Of a DNA stretch of 64,000 nt, positions 35,201 through 49,100 are shown one piece after another. Made by a program: the position numbers and the translations under genes. The DNA is from a virus. The DNA lies in the IMG/VR virus record IMGVR_UViG_3300028388_001285, positions 17,998-81,997 of that record. One strand, given 5' to 3'. Below the pieces are notes generated by a model. It worked only from the letters and a program-made list of their open reading frames with translations, was not told the origin of the DNA and did no database searches. Within the stretch, counting starts at the first letter, position 1. Each line of letters begins with the position of its first letter.

Positions 35201-35375
35201 GATGGCAAAAGGACAGCGCATGGGCAACTTAGCCACAGCGTTTGGTCAGACACCGATAAATTTGGGACAAGCTATGAACCGACAGGCTGCTAATCAAGAG
35301 GCTGTTAGATGGTACATGCAAGCTATTGACCCAGCATTGGCCGCGTCGATTAAGAAACAAATGAACGTAAGATAA
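32262..35375 (+). CDS. Cargo/ejection protein with lysozyme-fold (GH73-like) domain and LysM domain
   Basis: AQMRKEG...NPMNVG...FKTPEAGF...YATSPYY at ~33480-33760; LysM-like YSLKEGDTPYEIADKLGL...LPVGYEL at ~33890-34055; recurring YxxGG motifs; Ala/Pro/Thr linker. Confidence 0.7.
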   Translation: MAKQKEELEYNLGGDIGTGLSAAAPMMSAIPGWGAIAGMGMSALGGFLQSRQNDAPATYQQTQSNTNPYGYVKGGTIKEVIPGIAQVKADTSAENRDGAPDSVQVNMGGTTIELAGDEVVLLNEKNKGGSLGDKLQGGFVLSNALTIPGTDKTFASAAEAPLNMLKNDENPALARQMLQNLADLNQKELIKSNNSSEYKSGGKLTNPPNNDPEYTIHALAPGQSTKEFARDALERYGVTDAEAVKALEDDLQESNQFEPWQMANRLSRNYRKSQQRIKVPKDMTKYVTMFDYLKDEKYVGGKDLPFWNLDDTRKFYTKNKPLRKPKGARAIMPGMSTSKYHVPANPAKGIPAYGNMDEFPEEALRGHIDKVLGNYKKKFKRHGKSDKLWNTDQVIAGLKALHDDTGYVAPVDLLFAQMRKEGAFNPSDGGRSKYTNPMNVGETDSKTIYKFKTPEAGFYAWGRLLYSDYLSHRTREDLYSKKEAFKNHGDNRYATSPYYEVGGYDEKNRYHIGVKQAVDQYRKMMVEDPEAAKAGKAQKKINTYSLKEGDTPYEIADKLGLDRDAFLELNRLASNKEEAKSTGLIDPSTLPVGYELIYEDDLPKAQVKISPKAQVRMTKAKPEREGSVPSNLKYFMPAGMVLGRKEGGYIGYNNGGPIEHDDPRMGDIMQHVVTALDIEDPASQEDFLNDMASRYANMWNEGQFNNWDTFLDYVSKPKDMATAQGFLNGVPGPPPSRAGLAQALAGLYGNTSAAPVAQTSAAPAPVTTPAATARTTPAATTTPAPTSFNPSTPFNPLVRTAPQITSPALAASRTAAGTAAVNNVGNMNITPSPVATPNKFGRFMENLGGAFKGGGAGTALQIAGALGQGAMALFSNQGEQAAHTVPNRYREQQYNPASQLLANQRSFSGALDMARNSASGFGQLMSRGQQSYANKMAADRTTLDRAQLMNNRYQQQYDRSTHALANQNANRMWKTDQVNKMAKGQRMGNLATAFGQTPINLGQAMNRQAANQEAVRWYMQAIDPALAASIKKQMNVR

Positions 35376-37183
35376 TGGCAAAGTATCAATATTTTAAACT
35401 ACAGGCTCCACAATTTCAGCTAGAAGAGACTCCGATACAACCAATGCTACAAGCACTTGGGTACAGACAAAAGAGATTCGATGCCGCTTATGAACTAGCT
35501 GGAGACTTAGAGGACCAATACATTGACGCCCTCCCTAAAGATAGGGCTAGGGCTGACGCAATACAAGGTGGCTGGCGTAAAGAGATTGACGACATGGTCA
35601 AAAAGTATGATGGTGATTACTCTCAGATGTATAAAGATTTGGGGGGATTGAAGCGTCGTATGACTAGAGAACTCACGCCGGGAGGTGAGGGTTACGAGAT
35701 AGGACAATCTAAGGCACGCATGAAGGCAGCCTATGAAGCTGGTAAGAAGCAATTAGCTGGCGAGAAGATCACAGGTGACATGCTTAATAACTGGTACAGG
35801 TACACTATGGATAGCTACGGAGGCGTACAGAAAGATCCTACTACTGGAGCTTGGACTGGCATACAGCCAGAAGACATAGGAAACTATGTAGATCCGTATG
35901 AACTTGGACTAGAAGCTGTTAAAGAACTTGTCCCAGATACATGGGAATACTCACGCACAGACGCTAGCGGCATGTACTTCTACGATAAGAGTGGTAAGGA
36001 GAAATATTTATCACAGGATAGAATCCGAGAAGCTGTTTCCAATAGATTGTCCAGCGATGAACGCTACTGGAATATGTTACAGCAGGAAGCTAAGTGGACT
36101 GGACGTCCAATGTCATCTGTAATGAATAGATTCCAAACCGATGTTACAGCATTCGATCCATTCGCCTACTCACAGACAGAGAGTGGTAGTGGTATGAGAG
36201 CAGACAGCGCAGCTATATATGCTGACAAGAAAGCTATGTTAGAGAATTGGAGACCAGATAGTAGGCCAATACAACCAGCAACTCCAGCTTTCAACAACGC
36301 TATGAATATGCCTGACTTTGGTTACACTACAGAGACTGAGGGATACGATCCCGAATTAACGGCTGAGTACTTCGGACACGGCATTAAGCAGAAAGGCACA
36401 GCTGATGACCAACTAAAAGCTTATTATGAAAAGCTAGAGGGACCATTCAAATCAGCATTCTACAAGACTATGCGGGGCGCTAAGGCAACTGAGCAAAGAG
36501 CTGCTTACGAAAGAGGAGACATGAGTCAAGAAGATTACTATGGATTCGTACAAACTAAATGGAAACAAATTGCTGATAGGGTTGGAAATTACAATAATAC
36601 ATTGTATAAGTATCCTAACGAGTACAAGAACGATGACCTAGATAATTGGGCAGCTATGGCTCAGAATGCTCAGTGAAGAGACATGACTGGTAAGAAGGTT
36701 AAGGTACCGAAAGAAGTTGGGGCATTAAAGAATACTGGAACTTCTAGAGCCACTAAGCTAGGGTGGTATCCACAAGGACCGATAGCAACTGGACAAGTGT
36801 TTGGTGAAATGGTCATTGATCCTAACAATCCAAAGAAACAATACATCGTAAGTAGAAGTGACAAGGTATCTGGTAACATGAAAGGTATAAATGAGTTGAG
36901 ATCTCCTTACTATACGGGCAAACCTAGTGGGAAAGTACCAGCTCGTATCAAATACCAAGGTATAGATGTAGGTGTGCTAGCTAGCACTAGATTAGACAAT
37001 AACCTTAATTTTGTTGTAGACTTATATGATCCAGCTAATCCTGGCGAGGTCATAGACACCATAGAGGATGAAATGTCAGTAGGAGACTTCATGGACAACA
37101 TGAATGTAGAGGCTGTAAAGAACGTTGTAGGAAATTCAGGTTTAGGTAGTAAAGCACTATTATTCGGAGAAGAGTTAGATTAA
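35375..37183 (+). CDS. Cargo/ejection protein, one TGA=Trp
   Basis: ORFs 35375..36676 and 36683..37183 are joined through TGA 36674; lies between the cargo gene and the vRNAP gene. Confidence 0.65.
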
Positions 37184-37193
37184 ATAAATAATT

Positions 37194-40100
37194 ATGCCAG
37201 AAATAAAAGATGTCGTAAGGGCCATTCTGCACCAAAAGGCGCAGCAGGGTTTTCTTGCTGGAAATCCTTCTGTAAGCAGAGAGGGTTTTGTAAATCTAGA
37301 TAAATTTGGGAAATATGACAAGACGCTCACACCTGGAACATGGGAGAACGTCAGAAACTTGTCCCCAAGAATGGCTCAGGAGTACCACAGAGGTACAGAG
37401 CAGCCATGAAACCACAAATATGCAAGGGGGATTGCCAACTTTGTCACAGGTACTGCTTCTAAGGTTGGAGCCACTGTAGGTTTTGCAGCCGGAGCTCTCG
37501 GAGCGCTAGCAACCGGAGAGTTAAGTACGGTCTACGATAATGCTGTAGTGGACGCCTTTACGAAGGCTGAAGCGGCTATGGAGATACCTATTTACGTAAA
37601 AAGACAGTATGCTGAAGGCAACCTTATACATAAGATGGGTACCACTGAGTTCTGAGCTAAGGACTTAGGAGAAGGTCTTGAATTCTTGGCCAGTATGTTT
37701 ATACCAACTTACGGTATAGGACTTGCAGGTAAGGGTTTACAGGCTGTAGCTAAATCTGCTAAAGTGGCTAAGGGATTGGCTCGCGGAGAGCGCGTGCTTA
37801 CTACTGTACTGAACAGTACAGTTGAGGCAGGGTTTGAAGCCAAACATGCTAACGATGAGATTAGAGACCAGCTAGCTAGGCAGAGGGGGTACATATCATA
37901 TGATTTATTACCACCTGATATACAACAGGAGATCTCGGTTTTAGCGGGACAAGCTGCTGCTAGAACTTTCTGGGGCAATATGATTGGTCTGATGTTACCC
38001 AACTATCTGGAGTCTGGTTGGGCTAGGAGTATTATGGGGTTTGACAAAGCAGGTTCCAATGTACGACAAGCCATACGTAAGAAAGCACTATCCCCTGACG
38101 ATATAGTTAAGGCTAAGTCCAAGTGGAAAGCAGCTACTAAGGGTCTGGTGTCCGAGGGTCTTTGGGAGGAGAACTTTCAAGAAGCTGTAGGACAGTTTGA
38201 AGCTAGATTAGCGGAAGGTAAGATCGAAAGAGAAGACTACGCTAAAGAATTAGTACGTAACCTCAGCAACAATGCATGGGGTTTTGCTCGTGCAGTACCT
38301 AACTTACCGTTCGCACCGTTTGGTGTAGACTTCGGTATAGCTGCTAAGGCTGGCACTGAGCAAGATGCTGGTGCCACTGCTATCGCACTCGGAGCTATCA
38401 TAGGTTCTGGAATGAGTACTGTGTCGCAAGCGATGGACAACGCTAGACTGCGAGAATCAGCTGAGCGTGAGAACTCACTTTGAGGTGACCTAGTGAAGTT
38501 CAAGGAAACATTAGACAAGATACTGGTTGACGATCAGAAATCTATATATAAAACTTTCGGAACTGAGACCGACGAAGAAGGTAACGAGACTCCTATCTAT
38601 GTTAATCCTAAGACTGGAGCTACCGAGATTGACCCAGATAAATTACGTAATCTAGCTCTGGCTAACACTGTAGACTTAAACTTCTTTGATGAAGCTGTGT
38701 TTGCAGATGTTAACAACGATGAGTTGTGGGCCACATTCAACGATAAGATGGCGGCAGCCTCATATGGGTGGTACTTAGGATCATCCGGGATATCTAAAGA
38801 AGATGCACAAGACTTACTTGAAGGTAGAGAAGATGCCAATGAGATACTGTCACTCATGGACTCGTTTGAAGAAGCGGAGAGGGACTCCCAGACTTCCGAC
38901 GATATTCGTGGTGAGCAGGTCGACAAGAAATTTAAACGGTTCTTGCATAGGATCAATTACTTCCTTAATGCTCGTGGCAAGATGCTGGACGAGATGTATA
39001 GTAAGAACCCTGAGGTTATCGGTCCTATGGTGGAAGATAATCAGGCAGCTTTACAGAAGGTAACTAACGCTAGCTCTAGGAAAGCTTTGAAGAGTGAGTT
39101 TGTAGAAGCTGTAGGTGGTATAGATACTCTCAATAGAGAGGTTAAAGAACTAGAGACTGAGTTTGAAGCTGTTAAGAAGACTGACCCAGCTAAGGCTGAT
39201 GAGATAGCTAGGAAGATAAGTACTAAGAACTATCTAATGTCAGAGAGAATGCACGTAGACGGCTACGATGCAAACTTACAAGGTATAGATGCGGAGAACA
39301 ACAAGGCGCTTGTAGATGAGTACTTTAGGTCTAAGCATAACAACCCTACTACCTTAGGTATGAACCCATCAATGGCGGTAAGCTACCAGTCATTACGGGA
39401 TCGTAAGTACTATAGGTTAGGTAAAGCTTACATGGCCGCTAAGGATATCAACGACATAGCTGATGAATTTTTAGAGGAAAGAGATATTGATGACTTGAGT
39501 GTAGGTATTGAAGCGCTCAGAGGATCTGCTAAATATTTTAATGGTGAGAACTCTGATGTAACTGCTGCTACCGAAAAGATAAATACAGCGTTAGATGAAG
39601 AAATAGACAAGATAAACATAGGACTTCAGGAAGTAAACGAAGCCATGTATAATTTGGCCGGTGAAAACCTGGGTGCTGAAGAGACGAAGTTAGTAGCTAC
39701 GCATCTGAAGGATACACAGAGTCAGTTACAAACACAGATGGGTCGTATTAAGTTGTTACGCGAGGAGATGTCCTCAGCGCATGAAGCTATTAATGCTACT
39801 GACGATGAGTACGCTGCATGGAATACTGAGGATGGTCTGAAGATGGAACACTTCCGTAACCTGACTAAGAAGATATGGGCATTAGATAGCTTAGCTCTGG
39901 AATCATTCGATAACCTTGCTAAGACTATGCAGTTCATGCAACTGTTGTTAGGAATAGAAGCTGCCTTCGAGGATAGAACTGACATCAGCGATGACCTAAA
40001 GGCAGATGTAGCTGCTGAAATACTACAGCTTAAGGAGATACTTAAAGCTTACAGAGAAGCGGCTGAAAAGAATATGCAATCCAGAGCCTCGAAACAGGTG

Positions 40101-43100
40101 AGAGCTTTGCGGGAGTTAGGACAAGTAATGAATGAGGCTACTCTGAAACTTGAAGCTCCAAGACAATTATTGCTAGATGTATTTGGTAATGATGCTATCA
40201 GGGAGTTCGAGAAGCAATTTGGAGACGAACCTTCTTTCGAACAGTTCGAGGTATTGATGTCCCTGTTCTCAGAGAGAGCTAGTGATGGGCAAAAGCAGAA
40301 GATGCGTGAAGCATTGCTGCGCACAGGACAGTCGACGGTTTCAGCATTGTCTACTCTCAGTAAGGGATTAGCTGATCCCATGAATCCTACGGATAGGGGG
40401 AGTAAGATACTAACAAATTACCTTGCGAATCCCATTAAATATGCGTCCGCAATTGTGATGCCACTACTTGGAGGAGGACTGTTCACACCAGAGAATACTA
40501 TATTCTGGGAGTATAGGGAGAACAAAGACATAGCAGAATTTAAACACCAACTTGAAAGTATATCTTACGCAGGTTTATCAGTAGACAAAGCTAGTAAGCT
40601 GAAAGCATTCTTCGATGCACATACATTAATGCGTGGATTACAGTTGGCTGGGGAGTTTCTCAGCGCTGAGAAAGCTAACACTGCTAGGATACTTGAGGAA
40701 GAGGTGAAACTGCATAAGGTATTGTCTAAGGACAAGGCTCCTGAAGACGTTATAGCACCTACTCCACAGCAGTATGTAGCTTACCAAGAGGCCATACGAT
40801 TCTTATTCAAACCATTAGCGTCCAAGTGGGCGAGTAATACATTCTATCTTGAAGGTTTCCCTGGGTCTGGCAAGACTAAGGTAGCTGCTAGAAGGATAGT
40901 TGACTTGTGGAAAAGTTTGGAACATATCACAGACAGTCAGATTTATACGGCTGGTAACACTGTGGCGTCATCAAAGATTATCCACGAGGCTGTTAAGGGT
41001 ACCGAAGGAGGTGCCACTACTATTGAGGATCTGTTAGCTGCCGACTTAACTAACACCAAGTTAGTCATAATTGATGAGGCTCCAGCTTTAGAGAGAAGTG
41101 TAGCGTTAGCTTTAACGAAGAAGTTAAATGCTGCTAAGGTGAAGACTATAATCCTGGGCGACCCTGCACAGGTTACAGTAGATGCACACCCGTTTTTATT
41201 AAACGAAAAGTACATCAGAATAACTATGTCAGATCCACTGACTGCCAGTTATCGTACTAACATACCAGCCATCTATGATTTCTTCATCAACTTTAAAAAC
41301 ACTTCAGCGGTACACAGACAGTTAGCTGCTACTAGTAACATGTCGCTAGGGGATGTGATTAAACCGCACTCAAATGCTCTCGGTGTTGTAGGAGATACTG
41401 AGAGAAGTACGATGCTTAGGGCAATTGCTAGACCTAGCAGCAGATCGAAGTTACTTATAGTAGCCAATAAAGATCAGAAGCAGCGATACCTCAATGAGTA
41501 CTTCAAAGATCCTGAGTACAATATATCTGATGTAGAAGTATTAACTTACGATCAGGCTAATGGTATACAGGCTGATGAGGTGTACATAGATATGCCCACA
41601 ACTGCATTGGACATCAAAGGCAATAACTTCAAACCTATTGGATACAACAAGGCTATGTATACTGCTGCAAGTAGGCCGGTTAAGTTCTTGTTCGTGTTAG
41701 GCTCATTAGTACAGACACAGGTAGACAGTATGTTAGACTCTACCGTGCAAACTGCTGCTAGTGAACTGCTTCAAAATGTGGAGCAGTATGAGGGTATATT
41801 AACTGCTAAGGGTAATGCACATGCAGCCCTAACAAATGAGGCTGTAGATGGTACGTTGTTCGATGACATTGATGAAGTGTTTGATGCAGCGAAGACTACC
41901 GACAAGGAAACTACAGACGATGATATAGAGATTGCTAGACAAGAGCGAGGTAGCCCGGATCAGGAACTGCCTGAGGAACCAGAAGATGTTGGTGCTATAG
42001 AGAAAGAAGATCTAACTGAAGAACCAGTTGAACCTACTAAGTTGCCTAGAGTGACTTCAGAGGTAATCGAATATGACTTCAAGTTCCCACAGAACTCTAA
42101 CATTAAAGTTGACAATTTAGTAGCCACAGGCTCACAGTTTAAAATAGTAGCTGCTGTTTCCAGATCACCTAAGAAATTTCCGGTAGCACACTACGTAGTG
42201 GCTCCAACTATAGGTGACCCTAATAGATATGTGGTAGTAGCTATGTTAGGTAACGATGATTACCAATCCGGTGAGATGGGAATGTGGCTGAAACGTGAGG
42301 AAAATAAATTCAAGGCTGATCCGAATAGAGGGCCAGTTGAAAGTTCCACACGTATCAGAATGGATGAAGATGGATTTGATTGGGGGCCAGACCTCGACAG
42401 AGCTGTTATAGGAGAAGGTACGTTAAGTAATGTACAAAAGTTACAGTATGTATATGACCGTAGTGCTGAGACAAGCATGGAGTCTGACATACACAAGTAC
42501 TTGGATACGTTCTTCCCAAATGATGACACTTATCGTACTGGTAAGAAATTAAACTGGGCAGCGTTGAACCCATACATTAAGTACAAGATATTTACATCTG
42601 ACTTTGGACCTGATGCTGCATCTAAAGTGCCTAAGGGACAATTTGTGCCTAGACCTGGTGTACCATATGCGGTGCTTCAGTTACCGATGCCTAACAGCGA
42701 GAAGAAACATTCTCCACAATACATAAGACAGCAGCGCCGTAAGGTTAGGATGGATCATCCGTATATAAAGACTCTTCGTGAGTTGTACGATAACATCATC
42801 ATACTTGAGGCTGGACTAGGACTTGAGTACGGTACGGAGGAGTTCAATAAACTCATCAAGGCGAACGCAACTAGATTTGAGCTTGGACCCAAAGAGAATG
42901 GGTTCCCAGTGAAGTTGCAAGATAACCCTGCGATGCCTAAGGAACTTGAGGATCTAACTGCGGAGCAGATTAATGCTCTGGACAGCTTAGTCAAGTTACT
43001 ATATGGGGCTGAATATTCTAGAGTTGTTGTAGAGACTAAAGCTGAAGCAAACGCTTTCACAAAGTCTGGGGATGGTAGATTCTATATAGACAAGGAATAT

Positions 43101-46100
43101 ACTGGTAATGGTTATGCGTTCATGGAACGTGTGGCGGAAGATTCCTCTATCGCTCAACCTGAGCCATACAGACAATGGCAGATGAGGGGTGGTGTAGGCG
43201 AAGCTTCAACAGCATTCAACGCCATAGCTGTAGCTAATGGTAAGATTGAAGGACTTAATATTAAGGTTAAGAAGCGTAAGAAGACTAGTATAGGAACTGT
43301 TGAGTTCTACGTTGGTAAGTCATTACTAGCGTTCACAGAGAACACTCGTAGATTCATGGCTGCCATGCGTGGTAGGTACGAGGATACGCGGAAAGAGGCT
43401 AGTGACTTCCTAGGCGAAGCTTTACCTGAGAAGTTTCCCAGAGATTGGGAGACAGCTATGAAGGTATTAGCTAAAGTATATGATGATAGTAATGGTTTGT
43501 ACGGTGTTGATCGTGCAGATATTATGAGGGCACAGAAGGAACTAATTGCTAAACCAGTCACTACAGACTTGTTGGCACAGATCGTCACGCCTACTAGTGA
43601 AAGACACCCAAGCTTAGAATTACCTATCTATCGAAAAAGTTTCGGACACGACAAGACAAATACAGGGTTTAATGACCTTGGAAGTAACTTAAATAACAAA
43701 GACAATAGAGCTAGGATCGCTGAACAGGTGCACGGTAACCTTTCTAGAGTGATACCTACAGTAGTTACGGGCAGAATAAAGAATACAGTTACCGTGACTG
43801 AGCAACAGGTACCAGTTAAAGCACCTAAGAAAGTCAAGACACAATCTCAATTCAATAAGCTAACTGTGGACCAACAGTACAGTAAGATAGTCGGACTGCA
43901 TAAGCAAGGACGGGTAGATGATGAAGTGCTGCAATGGGCTGCCGAAGCTAAAGAAGATAATGATAAAACCTCGCTTGAAAAGATATGGGAGCTTGGTAAC
44001 ATGACAGATACTATGCGGTCTATCAGTACAGATACTACACATGTATCTAAAGAAGAGGCAACCAAAATATTAGGTCGATTAGACTTAGAGCATAGGACAT
44101 ACGAACTATCTGAATTAGTGGATAAGTTGACGCAATTCATGTCACCATTTCATAGGAAGTTGATGTGGGCACTGACACACGCAATAGATAGTTTAAGTAA
44201 ATCTGGTATCACTGTAGATTTAGCACACGTAGCTAAGGGAGACTACGCACATGCACTTGGACTTAGATTCCCTGACGGAAGGATTGGACTATATACTGGT
44301 AGGATATTCCAGACAACTAAGAAATACACTGGGTTCAAGTTGGGCAGGGTACTGGCTCATGAGTTAATACATGCTATTACATCCGATAAATTATATCGGT
44401 TTGAGACTGCGGAAGAAGAGTTCACTGGACGCGAGCGCGAGATACTACAACAGTTATTCGATATATTCACGTACGTTAAATCCCTTAAAGGTGTACGTGG
44501 AGATATGGATAATTTGCGAGAGTTTGTTGCGGAGGTATTTGCCAGCGAGAGGCTTGCAAGAGATCTATCTAGAATAGAATTACCACCCGAACTGAGGTAC
44601 AAAACTAACTCTAGGGGCATCCTAGATACTGTTAAGAACCTCATCACTAACTTGCTAAGAATAGTGATGAAACCATTCTTACGTACTAGGTCAGCAACGG
44701 AAGCTGTAATCAATTTAGCCGGAGAACTTATAGACATGCAGCATAGAGCTGGTGTATACGATGACCCTAAGAAGGGGCATCATGCACTGTCACTGGATGA
44801 CCCAGACGGGTTCCAGTATATCAAGACTAACTTTGGTGGAGTCGAAGGTTATAGGATAGCCAAGAACTTTATCCTAGAGAGGTTGGCATACTATAAGATG
44901 ACTGATGATGACTCCGGTAGAGAGAAGAGTGTTGGGTACTTTATACCAGTTGATGATGCTGGATTCGTAGCCTCTAAAGAGGAGATCTACTATCAGATAC
45001 ATTCTGATATCAATTCACATATAGCATTCAATAGAATGTTAGCTAAGAACTTGGTACGAGATATTGCTATGGATGAAGCTGCGATAGAGTCAGCCACCAA
45101 CGTACGTCAAGAGAGGCTAGCCAAGATTGCTAAGGAGATATCTGAAGCTAAGTTAAAAAGGGTGCAGGACGCAATACCTGCTTTCGAGACCCTGATGCGT
45201 AACAATAGAGTGACACATCGTCCAGTCTACTTTGAAGTTATGAAGACTATCTTCCCTAACTGGTCGATAGGAAAAGAGACTCAGTTGGACAAGTACAGGT
45301 ACGACACTAATGAAAACTTAATACGTGAGATGATGTCTGTGGAGGGTGTAAACCTTAAGGAGCAGATCATCGACAACGAGTACCAGAATAATGTACATAA
45401 GTTAAGCGATTCAGTAAAGGACTTCTTGTCAATAGTACAGTACACTACTAGTGATAATAAGATTGTAACAGTTAATCCAAGCTACGCTTATGTACGGGCA
45501 TTGCAACTATTCCGCAAGTTAGACTTCAATACTATTGTAGATTTACAAGACTTTGAAGATAGGAGAAAAGAAATAGAGAAGACTGAAATCATAAATGATG
45601 CTACTACCTCTATACTGGATAAGTTAGCTGACTTATTACAAGATGCTACGTACACTTATAACATGCCTAAGTATGTCAATGTGATTATACATAGACCTAT
45701 AGGGGCTTTAACAGACGAGTATTACCTAATACTGTCTAATACGGAGGAAGTAACTAACGTAGTACTTCTTGAAGAAGCTAAGGAGATAGCAAAGAATGAC
45801 CCTGATTTCAGAATTGTAAAGAGCAGTTCTTATATACTCAGAGATTTATATGAGGAGGCAAACATGCCTATCACTCCTAAGCAGTTCAACAAACTATATG
45901 ACAGAGCACTAGCTAGGAATACATTAGCTGAGCTACACACATTGTTCTCATCTCAGAAGGAGACCGAGTTAATGATTGCTTCTAAAGGTCTCGACAAGAA
46001 TGGTAAAAAGAAGATACGATACATCAAAGCTAAGGACTTAGGTGTTAATGTATCTGTACGTAGGCACATAGCTGATGAGTTAACTGAGCTGAACGAGGAC

Positions 46101-49100
46101 TTAAAAAGTAAAGGTGGGTTAAAGAACTTTTGGAACAGTCGCGTAGGAATAGAGATGGATGGACTGCTCACTGGAAACAGACAAGAGAAACTAAAAGGTA
46201 TATACAAGTTCTACTCGATGATGGGACTCGGGCATCTAATCCGAGAGCATAATGTGAAGTACGCTGTAAGATCAATAGATGGTACAGCGAAGACTATCAT
46301 AGAGCTTATGACCGACATATCAAATACCTTAGCAGATACCCGTAAGACTAAGTTGTTAGTGGACGGTGAACCTCAGGTGGATGATAGGGGTAAAACTATA
46401 TACACTAAGACCTCACGTACAATGGAGGATGCATTAGCTAACAATAACGGACGTATCTTACGACTGTCCAACATTGTCAGTAGGAATACTGAACTAGCTA
46501 GAGCCACATCAGTTAGAGATGGTGCAGGTAAGACTCTGTATAAATATAATAACTCACACTATTTGTATGATCTGTTCGATGCTATGATTAGCAAGAGAAG
46601 GGACAAACATGAGTTTAGAGACAAGGGATTACCACAGTTCTTGAAGTCTGAATACTTCTCACATAATATATTTGTGAATGGGTTGAACTCATTACACACT
46701 AACCTGCTATACCATGATGTGTTCAGAAATGAGAATGTAGGATCGACTAAGGTATACGGAAAGGAGACTGCTAAACACCGAGCCATACGAGAATTCGTAG
46801 CGGGCTTTGTGGCCACACTGGATGCCAGTGGTAAGGCTAGAAGATATAACCAATTCTTCTACCCACCCTCTGACAGAAGTAAGGTGTTCTCAGCGGAAGT
46901 ATCCGCACTGACACCGGACGAGATTAAGGAAGGGTTGTTGAAGATCATACAACAGTTCAAGGCTAGACCTGTAGTCGGACACGTTAAGAATTATAACAGA
47001 AAAGCTTATACTAATCTGCGACTACTTGAATCAGCTGTTCAGGAACTAGGCGGTGACATCAGCAGTATCTCTGAGAAGAAACTAGTGAACAAGATGTTCG
47101 ATAAGTTAGGAGAGGAAGCTGTTAAAGCTGCTAAAGAATTTATTGCTAATGAGGTAGACATCCCCGGTGATTTCCATAAAGTCATGAGCGACTTACGTAA
47201 AGGCAAGAAGTTTATCGTAGACGTCAAGTCTGCTTTTAAGTTTCATGATAAGGAGTTTGCTGGAAGTAGTCCAATACAAGATTACAAAAAGTTACCAGAT
47301 GGTAGCAGAGCATACGATGTAAAGGTAGAACAGATACTACCACTAGTAGATGCGTTCGTTAAGAATAACTATGTCAATGGATTCTTTTTGAATCAGTTAG
47401 CTGTAGGAGACTCAGCATACTACAAGCAGTGGGAGGATGATATCGTTAAACGTATGGCTGGACCGACTGCCTCTGGGCAGATTGGCTTAGTTCATCCTGA
47501 CTTTGGTATGCGCGAGAATTATAAAGTACTGGTACTAGGAGATGCAGAGTTAACTCCTGAGAATATTAGAAAGTTCTTGGAGAGATTCTTGAAACCTGAG
47601 GATGTAGAGGAAGTCATAGAAGCCTTCAGTAAAGGTAATATAGACTGGACAGATGCACAAGGATTCATAACTCCTAGGAGAGCGCAGGAATTACGTAAAG
47701 GATTTGGTAGAGCCTACAAGGTAGGACGTGTAGTCAAACCTGTACACTTCGAGATACGTACTGATTGGGTACCTCTAATGAACTTTGGGGAAGAATCTGC
47801 CGCAAGTGCCCTGATGAACCCTGCCCTTCAAAAACAATTAGAAGGAAAGAATTTTAGGATATCTCCTGTAGATCCCACTGTAATTGAGGAAGGTATCCCC
47901 ATCCCAACTTACACCAAGTACTCAGCTGTTGAGTTGAGTGACGACTTAGCTGATATTGATACTGGTAGATTTAAGAGATCACTAGGTATTATACGCCAGC
48001 GTATGGAAGAGTTAGGAGTAGATGAGGTTATTTTTGGTTCAGGTATAAAAGTAGGAGCACCTAAAAACACTATAGATGTTGAAGCTTTTGTACGTGGGGA
48101 TAAGGTAGAGCAGAACAACATACTCACCCTTTCAAACAGGGACATGAGATTACAGCTGAACCCTTGGCACGATCCAGATAGCCACGTAAGTATATACACA
48201 CAGTTGATGTACTTTATAGGTATCTTAGGAGAGAATGATGCTGATGCTGGTGCTGTATATGACTCACTAGCTAGTGTAATTAAAGAAGGAACAGATTTAG
48301 CAGACGAAACATTAGATGATGGCTCAGGATTTAGAGCCGCAGTAATGAGTGCGCTGGAAGGTAGGGGTAATGAACGTGCCCTGCAACTGGTAGAGTCAGG
48401 ACTATCTTTTGACAACCCGATACTACAGAAGAAAGCTTTGGTAGCATTAGTTAACATGATTGAGAAGCTTACTATCAGGGTGAAATTCCCCGGAGGTAAG
48501 ATGGTCCTTCAATCTGCTTACGGTATACAGAAGTATGGTGTTAAAAAGCTGGAGTCTGGTGCTAAGCATAGAGGCGAGGAGCTCACGTATGGTGAGGATG
48601 AGAACGGTAGGCTATATGCTGAAGTAATCATGCCTAAGTCAGTGTTGACTAAGAAACAGATTGACGCGATTAATAAAGGTAAACCTCTCTTTGCATTCCA
48701 CGATGCGTTTGGATTTAGAATTCCATCCACTGAATTACACTCAGCTGTACCATTAAAGATAGTAGGTACATACGATGACTATGGAACCAATGTTATCATT
48801 GCTCCGAAGGAACTTGTACCACTGCACGGATCAGACTTTGACGTGGATTCACTCTTCATAGTATGGAGAGACAGTGCTAAGAATAACGTAGAGGTATTAA
48901 ATACTGACAAGCCACTCAAGGCACAGGATGTGATAGATGGCAAGTTCACTAATAGAACGTTGGTAGCTGAGGGAGATTACATAGGCTACGCTGGTGGTGA
49001 ATTAGACCCTGAGTTTTTACCTAAGCTCGACAGGATAGAAGAGGAGTTGAAATCATTGCGTACCAGATGGGCTAGAATAAATAACGAGCCTAAGGAATAC

